From assembly GCA_958009085.1 (NCBI GenBank), contig OY253682.1:806001-870000 (forward strand): a DNA stretch of 64,000 bases. The letters run 5' to 3'. The position numbers were made by a program, and so were the translations under genes. Origin of the DNA: Protoeuglena noctilucae (Eukaryota). Numbering within the stretch: position 1 is the stretch's first letter; each line of letters opens with the position of its first letter. Of the stretch, positions 38,201-51,310 are shown in pieces. The notes below the pieces were generated by a model. The model worked only from the letters and a program-made list of their open reading frames with translations, was not told the DNA's origin and ran no database searches.

Positions 38201-41200
38201 TACTACTTTTACTATTACTATTTCCCATACAATTACCTAATCATCTCCCCCCAGGTGGCCACCCGTGTTCTGGAGGAGCGGGAGCAGCGTCGCCACTGGC
38301 GGGAGAGGGCGGCCGTGCGCCAGAAACTGTGGAGCCGGACGGCGGGGTTCGTCATGGGTCGCAAACTCGCGGACTGGACGGGTGAGGGTTGAGGGTTGGT
38401 GCTTAATGGCTGGTTGTGTGAGGGGGTGTGTTGGGGTGGTTTATACGGTGGGGGTCATTCTCCTCATACTTTTTGGTACCCATCTTTCTTATATCCATCG
38501 ACGCCCCTCTGCTCTGCCTGTCACCCGCAGAAAAGGATGGGGAGGGGAAGGGCGCGGGCGGCCACGGCATGAGTGGGGGTGAGAGCGATGGGGTGGAGTG
38601 GGTGGAGGAGGGGAATGGTGCGGGTGGCAATGCAGTGGGTGGCAATGCGGGTGATGGTGAGAGCGGGAGCGATGGGGTGGAGTGGGTGGAGGAGGGGAGG
38701 GATGAGGGTCGCGTGGCTGACGGCGGCGCTGACAGTGGGCGTAGGAATGGGGTTGCAAGAAAGGGTCAAGTGGTGGCGTTGGGTCTGGAGGACTCATCGG
38801 GAGACGAGGGGTTTACTGCCACTGGTACTGGCATGCGCCAGAAAGGGAGCATCGGTGCGGGTGCGGGTGTAGGTGCCGGTGCGGGTGTGGGTGTTGCGAG
38901 GGCGGGGCGTGGGGTGGTGGTGGTGGGGAGTGATTCAGAGGGAGGGGAAGGGGAGGAGGTGGATAAGGCGGAGGGGGAGGGGGCGGTAGGAGCACGGGGG
39001 GAGGGAGAGGGAGGGGTGCCAATCGCAGCGGGGCAGGGTGCGGTGCAGGGTGCAGTGGAGAGTGGGTTACAATTGGCACAGGGAGCAGATCAGGGTGCAG
39101 CGAGAGGTGGGTCGCCACAGCCACCGACGTCGCAGCCACCCTCGCCACTACCATCGCCAGCAGGGCAGCCTCTGTTGGTGGCTGAGCAGGGCTTGTCATC
39201 GCCAGAACAGGGCTTGCCACTGGCAGAGCAGGGTTTGGGATTGGCAGAGCAGCATCTGTTGTCGGCAGAGCAGGGGGCAGAGCAGGGCGTGCGATTGGCA
39301 GATGAGGGCCCGTCCCAGTCAATGGCAAGTCGTGATGTGGAGGGTGCGGCTGCCCTAGCCCCTCCCACGCATGCTGCCACTGCCCCCGCCACTACCGCCA
39401 CCCCAGTTGCTACCACCAACCCAGCTACCACCACCGCCGCCCCAGCTGCCCCAGCCACAGCCACCACCGCCCCCGCTCCCACCCCAGCTGCAACAATCAA
39501 CGCAACCGCCACCACCAGCGCTGCCGTCCCACCCACGACCATCACCGCTACCACTGCCGCCCCTGCTACCACCGCCACTCCAGCTGCCCTACCCACCATT
39601 TCTGACCCAGCTGCCCCAGCTACCACCCCCACCCCCGCCCCCTCCGCCCCCCTCTCCGCGTCTGCCCTGGCCTCTGCCGCGCGCCGCGAGGCTGGGGAAT
39701 CGGATCTCCCCCACGTGGCCCCGATTGAGGACTTGGAATCTTACCTGGATGGACTGGAGAGGGAGGCTGGGGTGCTGGGCAGGGACGTGAGGCAGGCGAT
39801 GAGGCACGCGGACGCACCCACGCCCGAGGTGAGTTGGTGAGGGTGAGTTGGTGAGGGTGTGGGAGAAGAAGGTGCGAGGCGTTGGAGGGTTGTTAAGTGT
39901 GTGTGGCGTGTACGGATGGGTGGGGGTGTGGGTGTGGGTGTGGGTGGGTGGGATCTATGGCTTGCCTGATATAGTCGTTCCCTCCCTCACAGCCATAACT
40001 CATTTACCACATCCCAACCATGTCTCAATCTCTCTCCCCATCCATCCCCAGATGTACACGGAGTGCCAGGAGCTCCTGCAGCTTTTCGGCCTGCCCTACA
40101 TCATCGCCCCGACCGAAGCCGAGGCTCAGTGTGCTTATCTGGAAAGACAGGGACTGGTGGACGCGGTGATTACCGATGACAACGACGTGTTCCTGTTCGG
40201 TGCCGAAACCGTGTTCCGGCGACTATTCCAGGAACGGCAATGGGTGGAGGAGTACCGCATGTCTGACGTTTCGCGCGAGCTGGGTCTGACACGGGATGAC
40301 CTCGTCAGAATGGCGTTGCTGCTGGGGTCCGATTACACGGAGGGGGTGCAGGGGGTGGGGATCGTCAATGCGGTGGAGGTGCTGAGGGCTTTCCCAGGCG
40401 ATGAAGGGCTGGCAAAGTTCAAAGAGTGGATGAGGGGGCCGGACGAGGAAGTGTTGGAGTTGGCGGGGGTGGGGGGGGAGGGGGAGGGTGAGTGGTGGGG
40501 GTGGTTGGTGGGGGTAGATGGGGAGGGTGAGTGATTGGGGAGTTGAGTGGGGGTGGGGGGAAGGGAGAGGGTGAGTGGTTGGGGGGTAGTGGGGGTGGTG
40601 GGGGAGGGTGAGTGGTGCAGTATAGCCAGGCTACCATGGACCATGTTAACCAAAGCACCTGCCACCCTTGCTATCCAACCTCGCTCGCTCACCCCACCGG
40701 CACGCACCCACTCTCGCTCACCGCCCCCTCCCCCACCCAGACACCGACGCTCCCCTGGCTCGCGAGTTCAAATCCCGCCACAAACGCGTCCGGCGCACCT
40801 GGCAGGTGCCCGAATCCTTCCCCTCCCAGCAAGTGGTGCAGGCCTATTTAAATCCGAGGGTGGATGCGGATAAGACGAAATTCACCTTCGGGAGGCCCGA
40901 TTTGGAGATGCTGAGGTGAGTGGCATGGGAGGAGATGTGAGGGTGGCATGTGGTGTGATGTGAGGCTGTGAGGAGAGGTGAGGGGTTGCGAGGGAGGAGT
41001 GTGCAGTGCGGTACGTCAGTCGCTGTCACTGCCAACCCACTGCCACTCCACAGCCACCCCACTTCCACCCTCACCCTCACCCCCCCTACCATCCCTTCAG
41101 GTCCTTCTGCCAGTCTCGCTTCGGCTGGGCGGCCCCCCAAGTGGATGCGTTGGTGGTGCCCGTGCTGCAGGCCTGGGAGAGGCGCGAGGTGCAGTCGCGG

Positions 41201-41755
41201 ATCGATTCCTTCCTGCAATTCCGAACGCGCTTCGCCAAGATTCGATCCAAGAGGCTCCAGGAGGCCGTGAGGGGCATTGCGGGGGAGGGGGCGACGGATG
41301 AGATCATGATGGAGGGGGAATGGGAGGGGGGTGAGGGTGGTGGGAAGGGTGCAAAGGGGAAGAAGCGAAAGCGGAAGGGGGGGGGTGAGGGTGGGGGTGA
41401 GGGTGAGGGTGGGGGTGAGGGTGCGGGGGAGGGTGAGGGTGCGGGGGAGGGTGAGGGTGGCAGTGAGGGTGGGAGGGGCAGGGGTGGGAAGAGGAGGGGG
41501 CGTGGGGGAGGGGCTAAGAGGGGGCGGAGGGGTTGTGGGAGGAACGGTGGGGATGGGGCGAGTGAGGGTGGGGTTGAGGGGCATGGGGGTGGGAGGGCGC
41601 AGGGTGGGAGACGAGGGCGTGGACGGGGGGGTAGGGGCCGGGGAGTGAGGGAGTCTGAAACGTCGAGTGAGAGTGAGGTTGAGATGGTCGATGATGGGAG
41701 CGGGAGTGGGGATGACAGCGGGGGTGGGGCTGGGGGTAGCCCTGGGAGTGAGTGA
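35259..41755 (+). CDS. XPG: XPG/RAD2 nucleotide-excision-repair endonuclease
   Basis: N domain [37 protein letters not shown]; ubiquitin-binding-like LDPAVLSNLP; I domain [59 protein letters not shown] (PIP-like). Confidence 0.95.
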
Positions 41756-42346
41756 AGGAGGAGTGGTGTTGCTTAGCGGCAGGCTTGGTTGCAGGAGTGG
41801 GCAGTGCTGTTCATGTCGCTTGGTTGTTGCTACTATTTGAACAATTGCTGCTCCCAATGGCGGGAAGCACGTGGGCACGCTAAGAGCTAACAGTCGAGCG
41901 TTATGAAGCAAACCCCGCTACGCTAAGTTGGTCAAGATGTCATCGTCAATGTGACGAACTGATACGGAAAATCACACCGGAGGATGGAACAGATGCTAAG
42001 AGGCTAGCAAGCACAAGCAACGATGAGTGAGGGAGAGCGGCAGGGCAGGGAGGCGCGCTGCATGGGGCGCCGACCCACGTGCACACCCACATGCACACCC
42101 CTCAGTCGTACAGCCAACATCCATAACCTCATTGCACCCTGCACCCCGCCCCTTGCCACCCACCACCCCATCACCCCACTTGAGCAGGTAACTTTGAGTT
42201 GGTCACCGCGCCGTCACGGGTTGCTTAGCAGGCGACATCCCACCCACCACCCGTCACGCCATGACCCCACCCCTTGTCACCCACCACCACATCACCAATC
42301 ACTCTGTCGCCCCATCACCCCACCATCCTACGTAACAAACCCCTGG

Positions 42347-43085
42347 TCACCGCGCCGTCACCGGTCGCTTGGCAGGCGACATCCCCGCGGGCCCCGACCC
42401 CTTCAGCTTCCGCCCGCCGCCCTCCAGGTTCAGCGCCTCCGTCCGCAGACGCAGCGTCGCCTCGTGACGCTCCCAGGCCTCCTCCATCGCCCGACGCTCC
42501 GCCTGCCACCGCTGAATGTCGCGCTGGACGTGCGCGCACTCCGGGGCGCGCTTGTAGCCCATCTCCGTCAACGGGACCGCCGCGAGAGATCGCGGTTCTA
42601 ACACCGCCTCGTAGCCGTTCGGGTATCGCCTGGGAAAGCGCGGCAGAACGGGCGGGGCATGACACCGCAGCTGCAGTGAAGTGGACGAGGTCCCTGCGCG
42701 CGCGTGCGGCCCGCGCGGCTCACATAACCAGCCGCGCCGTCCCAGGATCTTGCGGATCGTCATACCGCACGCCCACCACCGTCACCGTCACGCCCAGCGG
42801 GGTGATGCACAGGTCGTTCGCCTGTGATGTGAAAGAAAGCCCGCGAAGAGTCGAACCGCGGCTTCTAAAGGCCATCCAAGAACGGCGCGATGATACTTGC
42901 AATCTGAAGGCTCCATGAGGTGCGCCTCGGATCCCGACGGGCACGGCGCCGGCGCACCGAGGCAGGCACATGCGCGCTAGGGCGACGGCACTCACGCGGA
43001 AGCCGAACGGCTCGACGTGCTCCGGCTCCGTGAAAATCTTCTTCCCCTTCTTCTTCCCCTTCCCCTCGCCCTTCTTCCCCGGCAT
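42347..43085 (-). CDS. Small hypothetical protein (Lys-rich N-terminus, coiled-coil C-terminus)
   Basis: MPGKKGEGKGKKKGKKIFTEPEHVEPFGFR|ANDLCITPLGVTVTVVGVRY..RYPNGYEAVLEP..HVQRDIQRWQAERRAMEEAWE. Confidence 0.65.
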
Positions 43086-43596
43086 CGCGGGCCCCCCGCG
43101 ACGCGCGTGAGCCCCCGGACACGCGAGGCCTCTGCTCCCCTGCGCCGGGCGAAGGGGCTCTCTTTACGGACCCGTACGTCGTCCGCGTGCGTAAGGGTAC
43201 ACAAGCGTTCGGAATCGGTCATCTCTGGCAGGGGAGAGCGGCGAGGGGAGCGCGAGACCCGCGGCGTACCTACGGACGCGCCCCGTGGGCTCCCAGCGCC
43301 GTGCGCGGGCTCCGCGAAAGTTGCAGGCGCGCAAGCTTTCGATCAACAACACGCTCGCTGGCAGGGAGCGCTAGGATTCTCGCAATTGGCCGCCAAATGC
43401 CCGTGAGACGCAGGGAGAGTGCTTCAAGCACACTTCTGCTCACGGCACGCGTATCAACGCAGCGGCAACTGAGGTAGCAGCATCGCCACGGCCTCGTCGA
43501 GCGCGCGCGCGGGACGGAAACCCTCCCTGGGGCTGCCGCCACGGCGCCAGCGCATTTTGCCAGTCACAAACTTCGCCCCTCTCCCCATCCGCGCGT

Positions 43597-46360
43597 CACG
43601 ACATCTTGTGGAGTCGGAAGGGCACCCCGCTCTCCAGCTCGAACATCGGCGCGTACCTCTTCTGGTCCAGCGACTGCGGGAAGGACAACTCGATCGCATA
43701 TTGCACTCGCGCCCGTGCCTCCCGGAGCCCCACCCACTGCATAGCACCTTCTCATGACTCGCCTTGTTCAGCACTTCCACCCGGTAGGACCGCAGGAGCA
43801 CGGCCAGCACCGCCTTCAGCTCCACGAGCGCCAAGTACTTGCCCACGCACAGCCGCGACCCCGTCCCGAACGCTGCGGCGATGCGATGCGATGCGATGAA
43901 AGACGCCGACGTGCAGCTGCGGCGTCCGCTTGCTATGCGGCGCTGGTGTGCGGCCATCGAGTGCACACAGCTCTATAGCTCTATCGGCATGCAATGTCTC
44001 ATTGCAACATCAGCACGCAACCCCGTCGCTGTCCTGCCATCAGCAAGCGTTCCCTCACCGACGAATCCGCTGGGCCGCGGCGCCCAGGGGCTGTCCAGCC
44101 ACCGCCGGGGATCGAACCCGCGCACCGGGTCCATGTGGGCGAACGGTCCCCATTTGGGCTGGAAGAGGCCCCAGCCCTCGCCCCTCGGCACCGAGCCAAA
44201 CACGGCGCTGTCTGCGGGGGATGAGAAGACGACGGGCGTGGCTTGGGACAGGAGGCGTGGCGGGGGACTTGGCAAGTGTGGCCGTCACTTATGCAAACAA
44301 GCCCCTTCCACTCTCACCAATGCCCAGCTGTGCATGCATCTATTCGTCGACCCTCACCGAACATGCCGTGGTGGATGTAGCTAGGGTGCACGCGGCATCC
44401 CACGGGGACCTGGAACGGCACCCCCACCCTCGGCCGCACCTCCACCGTCCTCTGCACCTCTTTGACCGGCCCCAGGATCGTGGGCATCACCCGCAGCGTC
44501 TCCTTGATCACCGCCTCCGTTTCTGGCATGTCCAACAGCGACGCGGACGTCAGGGACTCCCCGTGGAGCTGCGGGGGTGGGAGGAGAGAGAGGGAAGGGT
44601 GGGGAGTGAAGGGCAGGTGAATACAGGGATGGGGGGTGAGGGGTGAGTGAGAGAGGGAAGGGTGGGGAGTGATGGATGGGTGGTGCAGGGGTAAGTCACT
44701 GAGCGATCGGTACTCACCACACACACCCTCTGTCCTGTCACACCCCCCTCTCTCACCTGCACCACGCGCCTCTGCTCCTCCACCAGCCGCATGGCCCAGT
44801 CGGGGTGCACGGCCAAGAGCGCCAGGATGTTGGCGGCAGTGATGGCGGTGGTGTCGTGGCCGGCGAAGACGATACCAAGAAGGTTGTCCAGCATGGCGTC
44901 CATGCTGAGAGGGCCGTCGTCCTGAATGGGTGGGGGGCGAGGGCGCATGGTGATGGCACGTTCTGCTGTGATGGGTGTGACCGCATTTGTGCCTCCACCT
45001 GTGCATGCTCACCTCTACTCGCACCTCACCCCTGCTTACACTGCGCCCTTGCTCCGCAGCCATGCTTGCACCACACCCCTGCGGACACCACACCCTACCC
45101 CTGCAGCTCACCTCCACCTTGGCCAGCCGCTGCAGCAGCGTGGCATTCTCCGCCTCCCTCGCTGCCCTCTTGCCCCGGCTCGCCCCCGCCTTGGCCGCCT
45201 CCTCCATCGCGCGGCGCACGTGGGGCTCAAAGATCCTGATGAGATATAAGCACGAACGACGCAGGAGATGGGAAAGCATATAAGCATGTATGGAATGAGA
45301 TCAAACCTACAACTAGCGCCCATCACTATCACTTTCCCACCAACAACGCGCCAGCAGCACTGACCTGCGCAGCTTCTCGGACGCCCTGAGCCCCGCCAGG
45401 TACCTCCCGTACCCCGGCATGAGCCACCAGGTCCCCGCAAAGACCCCCATGGCCAGGTCTCGCATCAGCGCATCGACCCGGGCCACCTGACCCTCCTCCA
45501 GAGCCATCCCCAGGATGTCTGTCAGGAAGACGTCCATCGCCATGCGGCGCATGCACTGGGTGGCCGAGAGCGCCTCGCCGCGCGCGGACACAGCTGCCCA
45601 GTCGCCCACGTGGCGCTTCACGGTGCGAGCCACGTCGGGCGCAGCGGCCGCCACTGCGCTGGGGGACAGGGCGCCCATGCAGGCGTCCCGGAGCGACCGG
45701 TGCAGGTCGCCGTGCGCCGTGAGGATGCAGCTGGGGCCCACGAAACGTTTAAAGTTGTCTGCCCAGACGGGGAGCGGGTCCGATCGGTCGACGGCGGCGA
45801 TGGCGTCGGAATCGGAGACGACGAAGAGTCCGCCGATGCCCAGGGTGTAGGTACGGAAGGAAGGGGGGAGGCGGATGCGACGGGAGAGAGCGAGGTTGAC
45901 CCTGCAAAGAAATCGAAGTGTCCGTGTCAACACATGCCGATGGCAACGCGGCGCCATCCAAGGCGGGTCGCGAGTCGTCGACGGTCGATGGAGCCAGACA
46001 CCGCACCAGAATTGCACTCTTCGTCGCGAGAGGGCGCCGAGCGCCACGCCCAGGAAGGGGAGGCCCAGCCATTCGCGCGGCAGCCGCTGCGGGCAAGGTG
46101 CGGGGGGAAGTTGTCAATGCCTTCTCGAGCGCACGCGTTTTCTGCCACAGGGGCGTTACCCGCACGCAGACAAAAGTCACCAGCTGCGAGGAAGGGTCTT
46201 TTCGCCACGTCTTCAGGCTGCCGGGGTAGAAAAACACTCGCAAGCTCGTGTTGATGACGTACGCGACCGCGAGCGCCACAACGATCGCCACGATCCAGGC
46301 GCCGGTGGTACCGAAGTACTCCTCGCCGAGCTCGACGAGTTCACCCACGAGCGAGGTCAT
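43597..46360 (-). CDS. Cytochrome P450 with canonical motifs (CYP85-clan-like)
   Basis: N-terminal TM helix; IVFAGHDTTA, KETLRVMP, FDPRRWL, FV|AFGTGSRLCVGKYLA. Confidence 0.92.
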
Positions 46361-46547
46361 CCTCGGCCTGCCGTGCCTGTCCACGACCGCGGAATGCCGC
46401 AATGCTCTCTGTAACGGCGGCTTACCGGTGATATTTCGATTTTCCTCTCCCGATACACAGATGGTTGGTACAATGATGGGATTTCTCGAAGCTGGATTGA
46501 ATTCGCAGTGAATCCGGGGAGATCAAACGGTAGGGCACTCTTAACCC

Positions 46548-47978
46548 TCACGCTTGCTGGAGCGCAGCCCTGCACTGCTCGACCTCTGCGCGCGATCCCA
46601 GGGCGATGCCGGTGCGCTTGTCGGTCTGATCCACGGGCAGGTCCAGGATATCGACGGCGCCGTCGGTGGCTGCACCCCCGGCCGCAGTTACGATCAGCGA
46701 CAGCGGGGCGCACTCGAACAGCAGCCTGCAGGGGCCACGGGCCGCGCAGTTGACAACAGTAACATGCGCCGACCTGCCTCAGCACACCCGCGTCGCATGA
46801 CAACGCCTCTCTGCTCGCCTCAGCTTCGCCGGTGATGTCAGTGAAGCCGGGTTGCAGAACACGCCCCCGCCCTTGTTCAGGATGTGGTGCACGTCAGCCG
46901 CCATGCTCCCGGAATACCGCAGCGTGTACCGGCCCCCCATCCATCGCGCCACCTGCTCCCGGTACTTCGCGTTGTCTGCCGTCGCTTTGACGTTCCCCGG
47001 AGCAAAGACGCTCCGCTCCTCGATCCGCAGACCGTCCCTCGTCAGCACCCACCGCCCCTCCTGCATCGGCCCTGCGACTGTCACGTCATGCCTCATGTCG
47101 CATAGTGTGCCGCGATGCCGCTGCCTGCGCGCGTCCTCGCCTTGCCAAGCACAAACTCCTTCACGCGCATCCGCCCCACTGACGCATCCCCACCCCTGTC
47201 GCTCGGCCCATTTTCCGGTGTTGGCGTCGCCATCACCAGCACCGTGCGGGGCCCGTACACGGCGTACGCAGCTGCCACCTGGTCCCGCCCTTTGAGCCCT
47301 GACAGGTCTTCGCCCGGCCACACGCCAAAGATCGACCCTACCGCGAAGTCAGCGCCCAGGACGCTCGAGCCGTCGAGCGGATCGAACGCCACGCAGTATC
47401 TGCGGGGTGCGAGATGCCGCGTGAACATGCATGTAACATCATGAGGACCACTCACAGCACGTGGGGCAACACGACGGTCGACGACGTGCGAGGTTTCTCA
47501 ACTCACCCGTGGAAACCCATCACGATCGCCTCGGCTTGCTCCTCTGAATATGCTGTGGACACGCATTGGCTTTCCCGCAAACATCTGAGGGTAGAATAGA
47601 CTAGGTTCATTCTTTTGTTCTTTGCAGGTAAACGCAGAGGTAGGGCCGGGGCACGCCGCGAGCATGCACGCACTTCGTCACGATGGCGTCCGCTTCAAGG
47701 TCCGCCTGCGTCTGGACGTCGCCGAATTGGTTGCGGGCCACGTCGCTTGCGTCTTCTGCAGAAGCTGGCTGCGGAAACCGCAGAGCCTCGGCGACCTGCT
47801 CCACCGAGTGGGCGATGGCGATCAAGAGTCGCGCGAGCGGAGCCGAGAGACCAAATAGCTCGTCCTGCATACAGAAAGGTGCGGCCTTTTCAGACCCGGT
47901 CAGCAACCCTGCTTACATGAAAGGGCCTGTCCCTGTTGGCCCCGCTGCGGCATGGCTGACCTCGAGTGTTCGAGCCAT
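46548..47978 (-). CDS. Sedoheptulose-1,7-bisphosphatase-like / class I FBPase family protein
   Basis: [80 protein letters not shown]. Confidence 0.9.
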
Positions 47979-48304
47979 GGCCCTTGCAGCTCTCCGCTGT
48001 CCTGGCCCAGTGGGCCAGGTCACGCGCTCATGGACCCTTGATTTCTCGCAGACTCTCTGTCCTCTGGGAGTTAGCACAGTCGATTCGGCCAAACGGTGGG
48101 GGGAATACTCAAGAACTCGCGTCGGGAAGCGGCATTTGTCTGGCCCGCGCACAAAACTGGGTAGGTTCTTCATGGGCACTACCCGTCTTTGCTCTTCCTT
48201 CTGATCGGACATGGATCCCGCTTGTCGTTCTCGCCGCTGGGTAACATCAAGGTTCCTCGCACCGGGGCCGCGGCATCAATCCGGCGTGAGCTTGCGTCGG
48301 CGCG

Positions 48305-49484
48305 ATGCAGGCCACGAAGGTCTGTGGCACCTCCGCGCTGAGCAGGTGAGCGATCCCGCGGGTGGGGATGTCGCCATCTGTAAAGCGTCTCACGGGCGCG
48401 CTCGTCGCCATCGCGCGTGCCTGCGAGCCCGCGCCATCTCGGCCCACCGCCACCTCCTACGCGCATATCGCCACGCAGGGCCTCTCTGCGGGCGCGGGCC
48501 CCCGTGGGTCTGGGGCCAAGGGGATCGTCGGGTAATTTGTCAAAGGCATGGAGGCCCTCGCTGAGCAGCGCCGCGCCCTCGAGCGCGCCGGGGACGCGGG
48601 CGGTCGTGGCACGGGCGTTCAAGCGGAACGGGTTTGATATCGCGGATCGCGTCATTGCCTCCGCATCCTACTTGGTCCCGCTTTGTGACGGCCTGCGCTT
48701 CAGGTGAAAGCGAACCCCCGCGAACACGGCGGGACTGGGCAACGTCTCCCGCAGCGCTCACCCGCTTCCCTCGCGCCCCCGCAGCTCCTACTTCTTCCTG
48801 CAATTCCCCTCGTTCGCGGTCGTCATGATCCCGTTCGAGCCCATCGTGCGGCTGTTCTACAGCTTCCCCTTCGCCGGCCTCATCGCCTTCCTCGTGCTCC
48901 AGTTGGGGGTCGTGAACAACATGAGCCTCTCCCGCTTCGTCCGCTTCAACTCCATGCAGGTGAGAACGCTGTACTCGCGAACGCAGCTAACGCGGCTGAG
49001 CCCATGCGACGTGGCTCATCCAGCTGCACTGAGCTAGCATCTACCCACTCCGCATTGCATAGCCCCTCACGCAGCTGTGTACCCTCATGGCTGTTCCCGC
49101 AGGCCATCCTCCTCGACATCGTCCTCATCGTCCCCTCGCTCCTCACGAGCCTCTTTGGCCGCGGCATGGCCTCCTCTTCCCTCGGACTGCAGCTCCAGGT
49201 GAGACCTTGCAACCACACCTTCACCACCTCACCACCTCACCTCGATACGCTTGGCTGCCACCCTGGCCCTCCCAGGTGTTTGTGAAGCAAGACGATGCTC
49301 TCTGATATAACTGATATCTAATAATTGACACATCCCTTTACTCCTTGCTCAGATTTCCTTCTACAACACGGTCTGGATCTTCACCTTTGTGTGTGTCGCG
49401 TACGCCATGTCCTCGTGCCTCCTGGGCCAGTACGCCCGGCTGCCCCTGGTCGCCGATGCGGCCGACCAGCAGGTGCCCAAGTGA
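48305..49484 (+). CDS. TIC20: Chloroplast inner-envelope Tic20-family protein (Tic20-V-like)
   Basis: Transit-peptide-like N-terminus; DRVIASASYLVPLCDGLRF, GVVNNMSLSRFVRFNSMQ|AILLDIVL, CLLGQYARLPLVADAADQQV. Confidence 0.9.
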
Positions 49485-49914
49485 TGTGCGGAAAGAGACG
49501 GGGTGCGTGCACATGCGCAAGTAACGCAGTGCAGCGGTGGTGGTGCGCATGGGGGCGCCTTGCCGGAGGTCGTTGGTGGCTCGCTTAGGCTCGCTTAGGA
49601 GCTTCGAGTGAACCGGTTCGATTTAAATCAGTCTCCCTGTGCACTTTCAACGGCTGGCTGGGCCCGGGGCGCACCGTGTGTGCACAGCCCGGCACCTTAC
49701 AGCCCCACCCCACAGCCTGCCGAGCGCCCGCCGCGTCGCCCAGACCCCCAGCCGCGCACAGACGGCGCCGCCGGTCCGACCGACGCCCCGCGGCAGCCGC
49801 GGGGACACGACACCCACACAACACCCTTTTCCATCCCCTGGCCCACGCGTGGCGAAGGGATTAGCCAAACAAGTCGACCCGACCCCCCTGGCGCACGCGT
49901 GGCATAGGCTGGGC

Positions 49915-51030
49915 TTAGCCGAACAGGTCGAGCCCCATCTCCTCCTCCTCGGACTCGGGCTCCGGGGCCTTCTCCTCCTTCTTGGCCGCACCGGCACCGC
50001 CCGCGGCGGGCGCAGCGCCACCGGCAGCGGGGACGGCCACCGCGGCGACGGACTGCGGGGGGGGGGGGGTCACAGTGACACACGCGTGAGACATGCGCCG
50101 GTCGGGCAAAGGCAACAGACGCTACAAGCAACCCTGCATGGGATGTGCACTGGCCGGGGCAAGTGCGACGGTCGCTGCAAGCCACCCTGCGCCGCACGGG
50201 TTCCGCAGCAAACGCGCCTGGAGCTTGTCGCGGCCCTCCTTGATGACGTCCTCCACGTTCTTGCCCTCGAGCTCGGACAGCAGCTTCTTGACCTGGTCGG
50301 CCTCGGCCTCAATGCCCACTGCGCGGGGAGCGCGGGAGGTGGAGTTGGCTGGCGCACGGGGGCCGGGCCGGGGGCCGGAATCGCCGCGTTCCTCTCGGCG
50401 GCGCTGCCTGCCAACCGCCAACAGCGCCGGGTTGTGCTGGTCCGTTGCCGGCCTGACACGGTCCCCCGGGCTTCCAAGCCGCCCGCCCCGGCCGCCTCCG
50501 CGGCCGGAGAGGGAGCTACTGGAGGCTTTGGCCAGACGCCGCGTCAACGAGGGGCGGCGGCGGACCCGGACCGCACCCACGCACGCTTCGCCCGCCCCCA
50601 CTCGGGTGACAGGGGGGCGCGACCCCCCCCGGCGAAGCTTCGGCGGCGTGAGCGGCGGCCGGCGCCACGAGAGCGACGAAACCGGATCGAGGGCGAGGAA
50701 GCGCGGCGAGCCGGTGCCCAGCGACGCCCCCCGAGGCCTCGGCCGGCGGGGGCCCTCCCCGGGCGCGCTCGGCGGCCCGGCTGCCGGCGACTCACCGGAG
50801 CTCAGGATCTTGGTGATGTCGGCAGCGCTCGGTGAGGCGTTGCCGCCCAGAACGGCCTGCGGGCGGAGTAAGGGGGAAACGAAGCTCGAGCGGCCCGGGG
50901 AGCGGCAGCCCAAGCATTGGCGGCTCGCGAGAATCGCAAAATGCGCTTGGCCAGCGGCTGGGGCTGCCATCCGTGGCCGCAGATCGAGAATCGCCGGCCT
51001 CACCAGCAGATAAGCGGAGATCACACGCAT
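49915..51030 (-). CDS. RPLP2: 60S acidic ribosomal protein P2 (4 exons)
   Basis: MRVISAYLL|AVLGGNASPSAADITKILSS|VGIEAEADQVKKLLSELEGKNVEDVIKEGRDKLQ|SV..EPESEEEEMGLDLFG*. Confidence 0.96.
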
Positions 51031-51310
51031 GTTTCAGGTGTGTCAATTTAACCGCGTCCACAGACCGAAAGGGGCGGCGTGGTGGTGCCGGGGCGGCGGA
51101 AATCGCCGCGGCCGTGCCCGCCGTTCTGACAATCGCCAGAAACAATCGAGCGTCGCGAGCCCGACGAAGCCAGGAGCCGATGCTTTCCACGAGCATCACG
51201 TCGGCAAGTCACGCGACGGAGCATCCGCTCGCATCTCGCTCGCATGAGGCCGGCCTGCGCCAGGTGGCGACCCCTCGGCTGACGCCCGGCGAGCGGGAAC
51301 GGGGCGTGCG

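Noticed and set aside
49915..49945. Atypical P2 C-terminus MGLDLFG
   Set aside because: A minor variant of the MGFxLFD motif; not enough to claim altered function.
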